Assembly: GCF_001194135.2 (NCBI RefSeq)
Contig: NC_068990.1
Coordinates: 60,806,857 to 60,870,856, forward strand
Source of the DNA: Octopus bimaculoides
Taxonomy: Eukaryota
Direction of reading: 5' to 3'
Length of the DNA stretch: 64,000 bases
In this document: positions 1 to 14,071 of the stretch, one piece after another
How positions within the stretch are numbered: the first letter of the stretch is position 1
Layout of the letters: each line of letters starts with the position of its first letter
Translations under genes and position numbers: made by a program
The notes under the pieces: generated by a model
Seen by the model: only the letters and a program-made list of their open reading frames with translations
Database searches by the model: none
Told to the model about the DNA's origin: nothing

Positions 1-322
1 AGCCATGTATTTAGAGGAATTCTTTGGAGTTTGAATAATTCACCTTTGGAAACATGGGTGTTTTGCTCACCATCCTTAAACAAACCTTATTCATGGACCT
101 TTTGAGCAGGATGGGCTACTCGACCTGAAGAAAATTCTAACTGGGCCCCACCTGCGAGGTCATGCACTGTTTATCTTGATATGAGATCACCATGTCGTGC
201 ACATATGGTTGTGATGCATGTGCCTGGTGTACCCTTATCAGACGGGTAGTCATGATGGGTATATTGGGCTTTGTATATTTTACCCCAGTGTCACTTTGAT
301 GGCATGCATTGTTCTCTCACTC
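1..322 (+). mobile_element. 3' part of a ~540-bp non-autonomous retroelement ending in (AAT)n (family E)
   Basis: Reverse-complement match to 31997-32330; 3' end ...gatggcatgcattgttctctcactc is followed by (AAT)n. Confidence 0.8.
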
Positions 323-739
323 AATAATAATAATAATAATAATAATATATATACACACATGTAATATATATGTGTGTGTATGTTGTGTCTGTATGATTGT
401 TTACATTTACCCCTCACTTATACAGCAGATGTAAACAATGACTCACCTGATTGCTTTGAATCTTAGAAATCATGTGCAGTGAGAGCTCCTTTCTTTGAAA
501 AACAGATAATGATTAATGTTACAAAAGGCATCAGGCGGTTAGACAAGTGTTGTCTCATTTGTTTCCAGTCTCCCAGGAAAACATGTCCAGCTATACAGAA
601 ATACTAATTTACTTGGAATCATGTGAGGCTGACACAAGAAATGGCATCTACCTTAGAAAATCTAGAAAAGCTAACATTGGAGGCTGGATATCTAATCTTC
701 CCTCCTCTAAGGAAATATTCATAAGGAAGTCTCCTGCTG

Positions 740-1330
740 AAATAATGTCCTGGTTTGCAGTGGCATCAAAGAAAAGATAATTGATACCCTTACCATAAAA
801 TTAGGAAGCCTAATGTTTAAGACAAATGTTGGTGGAAAATTCCTAGCATTTATAAATAAGCATTTGCCAGATCATCATAGGGTCAGAAAATTTTTAATGC
901 ATTCTGTTAAAATATCATACAGCTGCTGCCCCAACATGAAAATCATTTTTACACATAAGTCACACTGGGTACCTACTCCAAAATGTAACTTCAGATACCC
1001 AGATACTTGCCAACTTGACTAGACATGTACAGTTAGCTTAGTGGTACGTGAAAGTGAGCTCACCTTGGTTCTCAGAGATAACAAAATTGAAAAGAAAAGG
1101 TATAATACTTTATGTGAAATTGAAGGTGATGATGATGATGATGATGTTAAAATAAGATATGCCTATCACCAGTCCTTCTATTGGCACTTAAACAACAAGA
1201 AAACCAGTCTCACAAACTATAATCTTTCCCCATTGAAGGAATCTCCCCAGCAATTGTTAATTCCCAATCTAATGGATCAAAAGGACACAACTCTTACCCT
1301 CCGCCATCCATTCATTCTGTTTCTCATTTC
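740..1330 (+). mobile_element. Decayed Penelope-like element, linker plus GIY-YIG endonuclease region
   Basis: KTNVGGKFLAFINKHLPDHHRVRKFLMHSVKISYSCCPNMK and KIRYAYHQSF...KTSLT match the Penelope pattern KTN.G..FL..I.KHF...KISYSC.PN...; interrupted by stops and a (GAT)n insertion. Confidence 0.75.
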
Positions 1331-1590
1331 TTCTATTTATTTTTTTCATATTCTCATTCTTTCTTGCAGAGTAGCCATATTATATTTTAAGCTTGGGAAA
1401 TGGCAGGATACTACATGACATGCTATACAGGTTAATCTGATTTTTGTAATATCAGAACATGAAACCTACAGTAGCTCAATACTGTATTCATTAAAATATG
1501 TGTGTGTGTGTGTGTGTACATACATACATACATACATATATGTATGTATGTATGTATATATATATATATATGTACATGTATATATATATG

Positions 1591-1634
<44 letters not shown>

Positions 1635-2618
1635 NNNNNNNNNNNNNNNNNNNNNNNNNNNNNNNNNNNNNNNNNNNNNNNNNNNNNNNNNNNNNNNNNN
1701 NNNNNNNNNNNNNNNNNNNNNNNNNNNNNNNNNNNNNNNNNNNNNNNNNNNNNNNNNNNNNNNNNNNNNNNNNNNNNNNNNNNNNNNNNNNNNNNNNNNN
1801 NNNNNNNNNNNNNNNNNNNNNNNNNNNNNNNNNNNNNNNNNNNNNNNNNNNNNNNNNNNNNNNNNNNNNNNNNNNNNNNNNNNNNNNNNNNNNNNNNNNN
1901 NNNNNNNNNNNNNNNNNNNNNNNNNNNNNNNNNNNNNNNNNNNNNNNNNNNNNNNNNNNNNNNNNNNNNNNNNNNNNNNNNNNNNNNNNNNNNNNNNNNN
2001 NNNNNNNNNNNNNNNNNNNNNNNNNNNNNNNNNNNNNNNNNNNNNNNNNNNNNNNNNNNNNNNNNNNNNNNNNNNNNNNNNNNNNNNNNNNNNNNNNNNN
2101 NNNNNNNNNNNNNNNNNNNNNNNNNNNNNNNNNNNNNNNNNNNNNNNNNNNNNNNNNNNNNNNNNNNNNNNNNNNNNNNNNNNNNNNNNNNNNNNNNNNN
2201 NNNNNNNNNNNNNNNNNNNNNNNNNNNNNNNNNNNNNNNNNNNNNNNNNNNNNNNNNNNNNNNNNNNNNNNNNNNNNNNNNNNNNNNNNNNNNNNNNNNN
2301 NNNNNNNNNNNNNNNNNNNNNNNNNNNNNNNNNNNNNNNNNNNNNNNNNNNNNNNNNNNNNNNNNNNNNNNNNNNNNNNNNNNNNNNNNNNNNNNNNNNN
2401 NNNNNNNNNNNNNNNNNNNNNNNNNNNNNNNNNNNNNNNNNNNNNNNNNNNNNNNNNNNNNNNNNNNNNNNNNNNNNNNNNNNNNNNNNNNNNNNNNNNN
2501 NNNNNNNNNNNNNNNNNNNNNNNNNNNNNNNNNNNNNNNNNNNNNNNNNNNNNNNNNNNNNNNNNNNNNNNNNNNNNNNNNNNNNNNNNNTATATATATA
2601 TACATATGTATATACATG

Positions 2619-2699
<81 letters not shown>

Positions 2700-3634
2700 G
2701 TATGTGTATATATATATATATATGTAAGAAAGCCTTGTGACAGAAACTGAAAGAAGTATGTGTGTGTGTGTATGTGTGTGTGTGTGTATTATGTGTGTGT
2801 TTGTGTTTGACCCCCACCACTACTAGACAACTGGTGCTGGTGTGTTTACATCCCTCTAACTTAGCAGTTCGGCAAAAGAGGCTGATAGAATGAGTACTAG
2901 ACTTTAAAAATGAGTACTGGAGTCAATTCATTCAACTAGTAATTCTTCAAGGTGGTGCCCCAGCATGGCCATAGTTTAATGACTGAAACAAGCAAAGGAA
3001 AAGATAAATCTAATGTTATGTGTAATATTATGTTAATATTACTAACTATTCTACATGATGTCTTAGTTAAATTCCTGCTTTGGTTCTGGAACTTTGTAAT
3101 TTACATTTCAAAAATTTCAACTATAATTGTTTAGTATGCAGCTTAATTCCAATTCAATATAGACGCAATGAATACTACATAAAGGAAAGTATATAAGGGA
3201 AATAACTCAAGTTATATTGAAACTATTGATTTGTTCACTCTTTAGAAAATATTCAGTTTTTGTTATATTTCTATTTCTTTCTTTTGCTTTTATTTTTAAT
3301 CTACACTACAGACTCTATATTGCTTACACAACAAAACGTTTATGTCTGATTCATACCTGGAAATATAATACTGTAAAATCGTTGCAGTAAGTTAAATTAA
3401 TAAAGGATTTTAGGATAAAAGAAGGGAAGTAGATCATCAAATAAACTACCCCCACCACATTCATCAACAGATATTTATTAAATATTTTATTCACAAGCAT
3501 TACTCATGCACCCACATGTACATATGGATAAATTTAAATACATAGATGTATATATAGGCATATATATTTATTCATATCTCTGTGTATATTGATATATATA
3601 TATAAAACTATATTTGTATTTATTCAGTTATATA

Positions 3635-3700
<66 letters not shown>

Positions 3701-3906
3701 CTTTGTGTGTATGTATATACACACACACACGCATGTATATCATGTATGTGTGTGTATATAATGTATATCTAATATATATATATCATGTATATAATATATT
3801 TATATTTTATTCATAATATGTGTGTTTGTTTGTGTGTGTGTGTGTGTGTATTGCTGTTATGGGTTGTATGGTAGATATATGTTCATGCATACATACATAC
3901 ATACAT

Positions 3907-3976
<70 letters not shown>

Positions 3977-4059
3977 GCAAACACATTCATACAAAGAAAA
4001 AGAGAAATAAACATATGACATGTATATTGAACTTTTAAGGTGATGACATTACAAGATTA

Positions 4060-5005
4060 GGTAAAGGACTCCTGAAAATATACTTTGAATTTACAGCTGC
4101 TCCATGTGAATGAAGAGTAGCTGGACCAGGCTACTTAAACAGAGACTTGGAAGAGAAATGCTTATCATATTAGCAGAAAATTATGCATGGATATGTATCC
4201 TGCAAGCTAGGTGATACCTACAACATAGACATAAATAACAGCCTGGTCTTGCAGTAAGTACAACACATCTCACCTAAGAGGCTACGCATTTGTTATTGAA
4301 GAACAGGGCAAAAGGGTAAAGACCTACTTCAGCCATGAATGACCATGGGATTGCACCTAGAAAAATCCCCCTCCAAGGCACAACTCTGGGCAAGGTTGTT
4401 TATGGAAGACAGCAGTCACATATGCATACCAGCCTCCCCTCTCCACAGCACTGTGTTATCCAAGGGAAAGGTAAAGGCCAATACAACTTGGCACCAGTGA
4501 TGTCACAACTTATTTCTACAGCTGAGTGAACTGGAACAATGTGAAATAAAATGCCTTGCTCAAGACCACAGCACACAGACCGGTCCAGGCATCATATTCA
4601 TTATGTCATGGTTGTGAACCTGATGCTCTAACCACTAAGCCATGTGACTACACTATAGGAGATAGCTACTAAATACCTCCTCAACAAAACAAATTGTGAT
4701 GTTTCTAAACCTGTATCCTGTGATGGAAAATGCTAATTCTACCATAGGAATATGGAAGATGTTATTAGTATCATCAGTTGCTGTTCAAAAATGTCTACAA
4801 GATGCTACCTTTTCGTGAGACATGACATCGCTACTAAAATAATCTGTAGTGTTATATGCCTGAAGGATTGTCCTGATGGCCATACCAAAGTCACATCTGA
4901 ATGAGAAAGTATCTACACTTTCAAAAGCAAAACACTGGTGGAATATTCACATAAAAACACCGAAGTGTACACACAACAGACCAGATGATGTATGGGAAAT
5001 GGGAG
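4060..5005 (+). mobile_element. R4/Dong-type RLE LINE fragment, split by a SINE at ~4308-4659
   Basis: SHLRGYAFVIEEQ [SINE] EIATKYL...EDVISIISCCSKMSTRCYLFVRHDIATK...HWWNIHIKTPKCTHNRPD: remnant of the zinc knuckle, RHD and HNRPD motifs of RLE LINEs. Confidence 0.7.
4322..4648 (-). mobile_element. tRNA-derived SINE family B (long form)
   Basis: Shares the cttgagcaagacac...ccagttcactcagctg core and 3' part with copies at 5416-5725 and 54483-54800. Confidence 0.8.
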
Positions 5006-5415
5006 TGGTGGTGGTGCAAAAGTCACTGTTGTAGAGATCAGTTGCCCAGCATATGTGAGTCATCACCATCATAATCATCATCATCATCATATGTCTGTTT
5101 TCCGTGCTTGCATGGGTTGGCTAAATTATATTCAGGTACATATTCTATGGCCTGATGCACTTCCTATCACCAATATTCATCTGTTTCCAAGCAAGGTAAT
5201 ATTTTAGCATAGCCAAACATGTTCTTGTAGACTATCGGCAATGAATGACACTGCTAATACAACAGCAACAATTATTTTACAACTGTCACAAAATGACATT
5301 TTGTCACTTACCCAAAGTGCACAGTGGCACTGAGCCCAGATCCCTGTGGCTGGGAAGCAAACTTCTTACCATACATCCATCATATATATATGTGTGTATG
5401 TGTGTGTGTGTGTAA

Positions 5416-5725
5416 AGACCCCCTTTGGTCATGAATGACCATATTGCATTTAGAAAGTTCCTCTCTGAGGAGGCACAAATCCGGTCAATGTTGTTTATGG
5501 AAGATCAGTTGTCACCCAAGCATACCAGCCTTCCCTCTCCATTCCTCCCATGTTATCCCAGAGAATGGCAAAGGCCAATACAGCTTGGTACCAGTGATGT
5601 CACAACTCATTTCTACAGCTGAGTGAACTGGAGCAACGTGAAATAAAGTGTCTTGCTCAAGACAACACATTCCCGGTCCAGGAATCGAACTCACTACCTC
5701 ATGATTGTGAGCTCGAGCCATGCAC
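5416..5725 (-). mobile_element. SINE family B copy
   Basis: Collinear similarity to 4322-4648; minus strand reads gagttcgattcctggaccgg (B-box-like). Confidence 0.8.
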
Positions 5726-6304
5726 CTTCATACATATACACACACAGTTTTAATAGAATATTAATAGGATTAAATTTTACAATGACTGTTTTGAATAAAT
5801 TGCTTCAATAGACATACAGTTACACATCCTTCCATGCATACATACATGAATGCAAGTGAAACTTACACATATACACATGCACATTAAAAAGGGATACAAT
5901 ATTTTATTGTTATAAATGTATATTATTGATTGATAAATATCAATATACACAGTATGTATTATTAAATGTTATTCATCTAGATTGGTGTATATGTGTATTT
6001 ATATGTTTATATATATATATATACATATGTGTGTGTGTGTATATATATATGTATATATATGTGTATATATATATATAGATATATATATATATTAATATAT
6101 ATACAGTATATACATACATACATACATACATANNNNNNNNNNNNNNNNNNNNNNNNNNNNNNNNNNNNNNNNNNNNNNNNNNNNNNNNNNNNNNNTATAT
6201 ATATATATATATATATACATATGTGTGTGTGTGTATATATATATGTATATATATGTGTATATATATATATAGATATATATATATATTAATATATATACAG
6301 TATA

Positions 6305-6336
<32 letters not shown>

Positions 6337-7184
6337 CATATATTTATGATAAACTTAGGATATATTCTTGGATTCTTCTCAAACCTTGCTATATAGTCAG
6401 GCACTTGTGGTGATGAAAAATTTTTATTACCCTGTTTGTTTCAATCAGTAAAACTGACTGCACAACATGTTGGATAGTGCTACATCATATAAAATGTAGC
6501 ATTTGGAATTAAAATTTTAAAACTATATGAAAGACATTCTTCAGGGGTCGCCTTCATTGCTGCAGTTTGATATCTCAACATCCTAAGTTTTTTTTTTACA
6601 AAAACTATGTTTTGTGAAATTCTTATTCATTTGAATTGCTACATATATATTGTAACTTTTTAATATTTAATTTATTATCCACTATTTGTAACATTTGCAA
6701 TTGTTAACTAACTACCTCTGACATTTGGTATTTATTGCTAATAAAATGCCTTGGCAGCAATAGTCTGCCAATCGATATATTCTTAAAACTTGCAGAAATT
6801 TTTGCATTATGAAATTCCAGTTGTTGTGAAAAGGCAAATGTTATTCTGTAAACAATTTTGTGGAATTAAGGAACTACAATCTACATACAATACTTTTTTT
6901 TTTATTTTTAGCTACTTCATGAAACAAAAAAAAAAAAAAAAAAAAAAGAAAAAGGAATTTAAAAATAAAAAGAATGAAAAATTACTTTTACACATATTAC
7001 ACAATGGTGAAAGAAGAACAACAAAACAAATAATAATAATAATAATAATAATAATGATGATAATAATAATAGTAATAGTAATAATAATAATAATAATAAT
7101 AAAGAGAAGACTATCTAATATAAGTATGGGAAAAAGTTAGCAATGAACACATTTGATATTACAACTGATTTGAATGACTCTACA

Positions 7185-7233
<49 letters not shown>

Positions 7234-9077
7234 GAAAAAGGAGAAGAAAAACATGAAGAAGAAGAAGATACAACATATTTCTCTTCTTTAACAAAAAAAA
7301 CATTGCTCAAGATGTGATGTCAAGTTTATTTTTTTTTACCTTTCCCTTTCTCGTGTAATATAAAATTCATTAATGCTTTGTAGGAAAAGATAAAAGAAAC
7401 AAATGACAGAAACCTTTTTTTTTTCTTTTTCTTGTTTACCTGTCTTTGTTTTTGTTTTTAAAAGAAATCAATTCACTGACAAAGTGAAAAGTTAGTTATT
7501 GCATGAGAGTGAAAAAAAAAATGCTAAAATACATACTCACACTGATTCTCCTGCTGTAGCTTAACATAAAGGATTTCTTTATTTAATTTTGTATATCTTA
7601 TTTTGTATTTACTTTGTTAAGAAACTTCTGTGAATTAACATCCTTCCTTGCTGATCTCTCTCTCTCTCTCTCTCTCTCCCTCCCTCACACACACACACAC
7701 ACACACACATGCACATTCACGTACACACATGAACATAGGCATAGATATTCTGTTTATATTTCCCCACCTTACCTAAACTTTATATTTATTTATATGATAA
7801 TATTTTCGTTCATGCTTCTCCGAGCATTTCTTTCTGCAATGAATTTCCATTAGAATATCAACTGCATTAAACAAAACAATATCCTGTATATATTCATTTG
7901 TTATCCTGTAGATACAGAATAATTTTTTTTTTTTCATATTGGTGTTAAAAGTGTATCTGTGAAGTTGAAAATACAATTATTAGTATTCCTATAATGTCAT
8001 CCTAAATGAAGTAAGAAGTAAAGTTTAAAAAAAAATGTTTCCCATTTCATTTAGTGTAATGATGATTTTTTTTTTCAATACTGTTAATAAAGCACAAAAT
8101 TTATTCAATTCTTGTTGATGCTATGGTTAAGAAATATAGTAGTTCTGTTTCTATTACAGCTATTATATTGTATAGAGAGTGAAGGTTGAAAGCAGCTGCT
8201 TCCTACTTCTTTATCCAAATCTAACAGTGTAAAAAATAAATATCATTTACAAAATAATCCTGCCCAGTTTCACTTGGAAAAATGGGTTTTACTTTAGAAT
8301 ATTCTTTAAAGCCATTTTGAGTTTATTTCTGACAAAACTTGTTAGAATTATTTAGTTAATGAAAGGAATTCTATATTTCTCTGCTGTGATAATTATGTTC
8401 ATTATTTTACATTTGTTAGCCTATTAAGAAGAAAAGCTGGTTTTTGATAAAACAATATTGTTAAAATAAAAACTTAGATTTTAAATTTTAAGCTCTTAAA
8501 GCTAATTATTTTCTCTTGTTTCAAATAACACTGAACACAATATAAATGTAGATAGTACTTTTGCACAATGTCTAAATTACTTTAAATTTGTAAATATAGA
8601 CAGTTTATAGGATTTAATGACATTTATCATGTTTTCTTTAAACTTAAAACAAATGACAATAACAGAGTTTTGAATTTGTATTGTATTAGATTTATAAACA
8701 TTTTTTAAGTGATTTTAATTCTCCATCTTTGTTTCTGAAGTATTGATTGAAATAACAGCTTTGTTCTTTCTGCTTTAAATTTCTACTCTGAGACATTTCA
8801 AGAAGATTCTAAACTACCATATCTATACTGATGAATTATACACAGCCCCCCTAAAATTATTTCTCACCCTGCATGTATGTTACCAAGACTTCATATTTTA
8901 GTTAGTCAAAATATTTTCAAAATAGTTAGTTTGCTACTTCACTACCTAAATATGCTCTACCTCTAAACAGCTGCTAACTCTTAACAAAGTATGAATGTAT
9001 TTGTGTTTGTAGGTGGTCTTTCTTAGAGTATGTTAAAATCAACCACAGTTGGCCACCAGTTTCTGAGTTGTAGTAGT

Positions 9078-9281
9078 CTTTTATCTTTTACTTGCTTCAG
9101 TCATTAGTTTGTAGCCATGCTGGGGCACTGCCTTGAAGACTTTTTAGTCAAATAAATTCACCCCAATACTTATTATTTTTTTATTCTATTGGTCTCTTGT
9201 GAAACGCTAAGTTACGGAGATGTAAACACACCAATATTTGTTGTTAATTAAGTGATGGCAGGGAACAAGCAGACACAAAGA

Positions 9282-9373
<92 letters not shown>

Positions 9374-9533
9374 GAATTTCTTTCAGTTTCCATCTACCAT
9401 ATCTACTCACAAGGAATCGGTAGACCCAAGACTATAGTAGAAAACACTTGCCCAAAGTGCCATGCAGTGGGACCGAACCTGGAACCGTATGGTTGGGAAG
9501 GAAGCTACTTACCACACAACCACACCTGCACCT
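9078..9533 (-). mobile_element. SINE family A, full length, with internal (TG)n(TA)n microsatellite
   Basis: Reverse complement of 21037-21435: tRNA-like head, cttgggcaagtgttttctactatag core, microsatellite, 3' half ending gactgaagcaagtaaaaga. Confidence 0.85.
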
Positions 9534-9930
9534 ATACAAGTTATGAGTAACTTGTATGCCTTTCATTATACTTGTATGCCTTTCATTTTTTATAGTACAA
9601 AGATTGTTGAACCTTATTGTGTCTGTTTACAGATTCTGTATCTGTCAATACTGGATTCAGGTAGATGCAAGCAAATATTGTACAGCTGATAAAGTTTCAC
9701 GTCTGAATGTTTATTACTTTTGGTTGGAAATATGTTAGAAGAGAGTTTGGGAAAATATTCCAAATGCCACTTTGTCAAAGACTTTGTTAAATTTGATTAC
9801 ATTAGGCTTTAACTTCCTTGTTGCTTTTTCTTCTAAAATCTCCAAGATAACGACATTCTCCAACACTTTGAGTCTCTTTCTATCTCTCTCTCCCTCTCCC
9901 TTCTCTCTCTCACACATGCATGCACGAACG

Positions 9931-9970
<40 letters not shown>

Positions 9971-10019
9971 AGTATGGCTTCTGCATGGCCAGGTTCACCA
10001 TAATCGTACTCTCTTAGGC

Positions 10020-11200
10020 CACTCATCATTTGGCTCTTGCTGAATAGAATTTCAGTGGTAACAATATTGTTGTTCTAGACAGCAACAAAGCCCATGACCA
10101 TGTCTGGCATGCAGATTTCTTTTCAAACTTCCCACCTATGAGCTCCGCTCATTTCTGATCTCTTGGAGCCATAACTTCCAATTAAGTCATACCTTTGTGG
10201 TATATATTGATGGAGTTCTTTCTGCTCCACACTCAGTCAACTCTGGCACTACACAAAGTTTGGGTTTTATACCACTACTTTCTTCTTTGGTTTTATCCTA
10301 CCCACTATTATCAATGACCTTACTTGCTGCCACATGCAACAACACTCACTTTTTATATAGATAATTTGATCCTTCATTCCTCCTTAACTTATCCTACGTC
10401 ATCCACACACTATATGCCAAACCTGTATTGATTCCATAAACAGTAACTTTGAGAGCATTCTCACTGAGGTCATTCCTACTTTACCTCTTTTAACAGAAAA
10501 AAGAAAACTAAAGCATTTCTCTTATTAGAGAAAAATCATTACACTGCACCTTTTGTAAACATGTACAGCACTCATAGTCCTTACACTCACTCACTCCAAA
10601 TACTGGTTTCACAATCACTGAGGATCACTCTTCGCAAAGTGCTTCTGTAGCATAACTAGGATTGTATCTCAAAAACAAGCCCTTCTTTTCAGGGCCAGAA
10701 AATATTTCAGCCCTTAGTAGCTGCTGACACTCTAGAAAGCTCAAATGAGGCCAAGAAGGGATACTGAACTCATGTCTGAACTCACTGCTGCTACACACAT
10801 GTGCAAATCTTTTGGACCTCATCTAGAGAAGGGATGCTCAGCTGACTTGCATTCAGTCAATAACAAACATACTCCAACCTCTGGAGGCATAGTGTGTCCT
10901 CTCTGTCTCTCTGTTTATCTCTTTGTCTATATCTAGCTATCTTTCCTGTTGCTCCTATAATGGCTTCTACTACTCAGAACCTTTTGGTCTCATATCCCCT
11001 CCACTCAGGCACCCTAGCCCATTCATTTCTCCTCTTCCCATCATCTTTGTTGCATCATCCAACCCCTTCAGTCCAGAACTAACCCCTATATCCAGAATCT
11101 GTTCCCTTTAGGACATTAGCTTTTGTAATCACTCTGCTCGTGTCTTTTCTGCAGATGTTGATCTGTAAGAGTTTAAATGTAACATTAATGGCATCAACCT
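10020..11200 (+). mobile_element. Decayed CR1/L2 (Jockey-group) LINE, RT C-terminal part
   Basis: Frame-broken motifs: IVVLDSNKAHDHVWH (approximates LD.SKAFD.VWH), SVNSG..Q, and SQKQALLFRARKYFSP..LLTL.KAQMRP. Confidence 0.7.
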
Positions 11201-11769
11201 TGCTAGATTTGAAGGGTCTGTAATGGTCTTTGGCAATACCCCTTCTCACTCAGTGTTTGAAGAAAAAAACTCTTGTTCATCTAAATAGTTTCAGATTACT
11301 TTGTATCCTGTAGGAAATGAGATTAATTTTCAAGCTACAATGGTTGTTTCTATCATTTTTATAAATGTTTGAGTAGAGAATGTTTGGACTCTAATGAGCA
11401 TGGATAAGAAATCTCTCTTCATCTTGGAATGCAGAATATGTTTCCATAATTCCTTGATTGAGTATGGGGATAGTTAGGTGATTAATAAATTTACTTTGCG
11501 GCCATGTGGCTCTGGGTTTGACAAGTTATTAACTCCTAGTACTTTTAATCAGAATTCAATTTAGTTTATAATCCAATACCATTGAAGTTATTAACTGGTT
11601 TAAAGGCTTGGAAAAATAAAGAAAATATTAAATTAATGCAGATTGATAGTTTTTGTTATTTCTCATCAATAAGCCTATTCCACTTAATTAAGCCCTTATT
11701 TTTGCTGTAAACAAATCCCATCTGTCTAGATGTCGATTCTAGCAGTTAAGAGAGCAATTATTAAAACTG

Positions 11770-13501
11770 ATGATAAATTATGAACTCATGGGGATAGATA
11801 CAAGTGCGATATAATGATGGAATTGAGTGATTCTGCACAACTTCCTGATCTTGTGAGTGTACATACTATATTACATCAAAAATAAGTTTCAACAAATAAT
11901 GGGTAATCTATTTAGGGGTGGTACTCTCTTCACATTCCATAAATGTTGCAACATTAAGGTAGATAGAAATAGGGAAAAAACTTGTTAAATTTTTCAAGAA
12001 CATAGGACTTTCTGTTAAGGTGTGGCTCTAATGTAACAAATTTTCTCAGTATATCCTTGAAATTAAATACAAGTCTTATTGACCTTTTAATACACCTAAT
12101 GAAAGTTTAAATTATATTAATAGAAACTCAAATCATCCTTGATGCTCCTATAATTAGGAGCATCTCATCTAGAACATCTAGACTTTCTGCCAATGAGGAG
12201 ATATTTTTGCTGTGAATACCATTTACTGCAACACAACTTAAGCTCAGGTCAGATATACTGGTAAAATTGAATAAATTTCTAATGACAAACCTATTGTTCC
12301 ATCTAAGGATTGTTGGTTGTATCCCCTAGTGTGTGGCAAAGTGACAATGGAAATCATCTGGCTTCAGTGCTGTTAATCACAAGGTCAAGCATGCATCGAG
12401 ATTGAGCAGGAATTGTAGTCAGCCAAATGTGGGAACAACAGTCTCCAGCATTATTAATGGAAGCAACTCTCTAGTTAAGAGTATAAAGAATCCAAATACC
12501 CTTAAAACCTTTCTCCAAAACCAATATCTCAAACCTTGTAATTTGAATGACTGTATTATAGCTTATACATGAATTAAACATATGAACACTAAATTTAGTG
12601 ACGATCATAATCACAGCAACTCATAAAACAGTAAATAGTAACCTAATTCTAAAATGGAATAACAATAATGGAACATGTAGATTATGTAAGTGGAATATTT
12701 TGTGGTTTAACTCTCTTTTCAGACATCAGGTAACCATGGATAAGCCTGCAGTTTTCTTCCAAGCATTGGATTGACATTTTCCTCCTAGTCAATATTGTAA
12801 GTTAGGCACGCTGTTAAATTTCCAAATTCTACCACACCTAATTTAGATGATAATATAACCAGTATTAAGAATAAGGAATTAAGCAAAATGAAAAATCATG
12901 CAATTTATTCTAATTATTACAGTAGCTTATCTGACTGTAGCTCCTCTGTTAGTAATGCATCTTGATCAAACATGATTCTGATCATACTGATTCTGTGCCT
13001 CTTCCAATCTATAATTTTAGTAACCGTACAACTAATGATTCTTCACTTGATAATAAACCCAATAGTAACTGTGACTGTAGGAATTGATATAAATGTATTT
13101 TGTGTAAATAGTGCCTAAAAAAAAAAAAAAATTTTGTATATAAATGTTCTGTTCAGACACCCAATAAAGTATGTTACTATATCAGTGTTACAGTGTCAGA
13201 ATTCAAATCAAGATGGAATAATCACATACATTCTTTCAATAATAAGCATGAGTTATTTAATAAATTAATAATAAAACATATTTGGGACATTAATGATAGA
13301 AATAGTAATTACTTTGGTCCATGGGTCAATTATACATACTGCACCTCTGTACAATGTGGGTGGGATGATCATAATTTATGTTTCACGGAAGCACTTGAAA
13401 TCCTAAGTTGTAAGTCTGGACTAATTACTAAATATAATGAGTTATTAATTGATTGTTCATGCCAGTTTATTAAAACCTTTTTAAATATTTTATTTAATTA
13501 A
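11770..13501 (+). mobile_element. Decayed Penelope-like element (RT core, thumb, GIY-YIG)
   Basis: DSAQLPDLVSVHTI (approximates DGAE..DLVG.YIL), LFRGG (LYRDD), NYINRNSNHP, SRLSANEEIF, CDCRN, FKSRWNNHIHSF...KHIWDINDRN...HNLCFTE, all in collinear order. Confidence 0.75.
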
Positions 13502-13859
13502 CTTAAATTAAATTATATAAAATTATCATATTATTACTGTCATTCTTTTCTGAAATCAGTGCTGACTGAGGCATTTGCCTGGATTTCATGAATCCTCCAT
13601 TATTTGATATACATACATACATACATGCATGCAGGTTGCCAGCTTGCTCGATGGCAAGTGGGCCCCTGTGCCATTACAATCCATATATAGAGGCCCATGT
13701 TAGTATCTAAGGAGCCCATCGCCTCAAGTTTGAGAATTTTTTTATTCACTCCTGGAAGAATGCATTAATTATTTCTGCTTGGCTGTGTTTGTAGACAGTT
13801 GAAAAGAATACTTTTAGCAAAAAAAAAAAAAAAAGAAATAAATGATAGCATTGTAGTTT

Positions 13860-13961
13860 GCAGGTGGGCCCCCTTGTAATTGTGGGTGGGCCCCCTTGTA
13901 GTTGCGGGTGGAGACCCTTAGTCTCCTGGCAACCAATATTTTTTGACCCAGTCCACCACTG
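13860..13961. mobile_element. GC-rich MITE-like fragment with 22-bp tandem unit; end resembles a hAT-type terminus
   Basis: Unit ggtgggcccccttgta(a/g)ttg(t/c) repeated about 2.5 times; right end reverse-complements to CAGTGGTGGACTGGG. Partner TIR and TSD not found. Confidence 0.3.
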
Positions 13962-13965
13962 TGTG

Positions 13966-13996
<31 letters not shown>

Positions 13997-14030
13997 ATAT
14001 ATTTACAATTTATTTTGTTTTGGATTTACA

Positions 14031-14071
<41 letters not shown>

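Noticed and set aside
1432-2820. Long ORFs in the ORF track here and at ~5973-6404, 24466-25087, 35715-36494, 39578-40371, 48028-48522, 49001-50022, 50458-51222
   Set aside because: They consist of X from N-gaps and YI/HT/CV dipeptides from microsatellites; artefacts, not genes.
5993-6330. Duplicated TA/TG-rich block on both sides of a gap
   Set aside because: Same overlap-at-gap pattern in low-complexity sequence.
8420-8464. Frame PIKKKSWFLIKQYC* resembling the PH N-terminal motif RKRWFVLKD.C
   Set aside because: In-frame TAA follows immediately, no credible donor, weak acceptor; probably chance in AT-rich DNA.
12723-12729. 7-nt microexon (ttttcag|ACATCAG|gtaacc)
   Set aside because: Not frame-preserving, lies within a Penelope remnant, no independent support.
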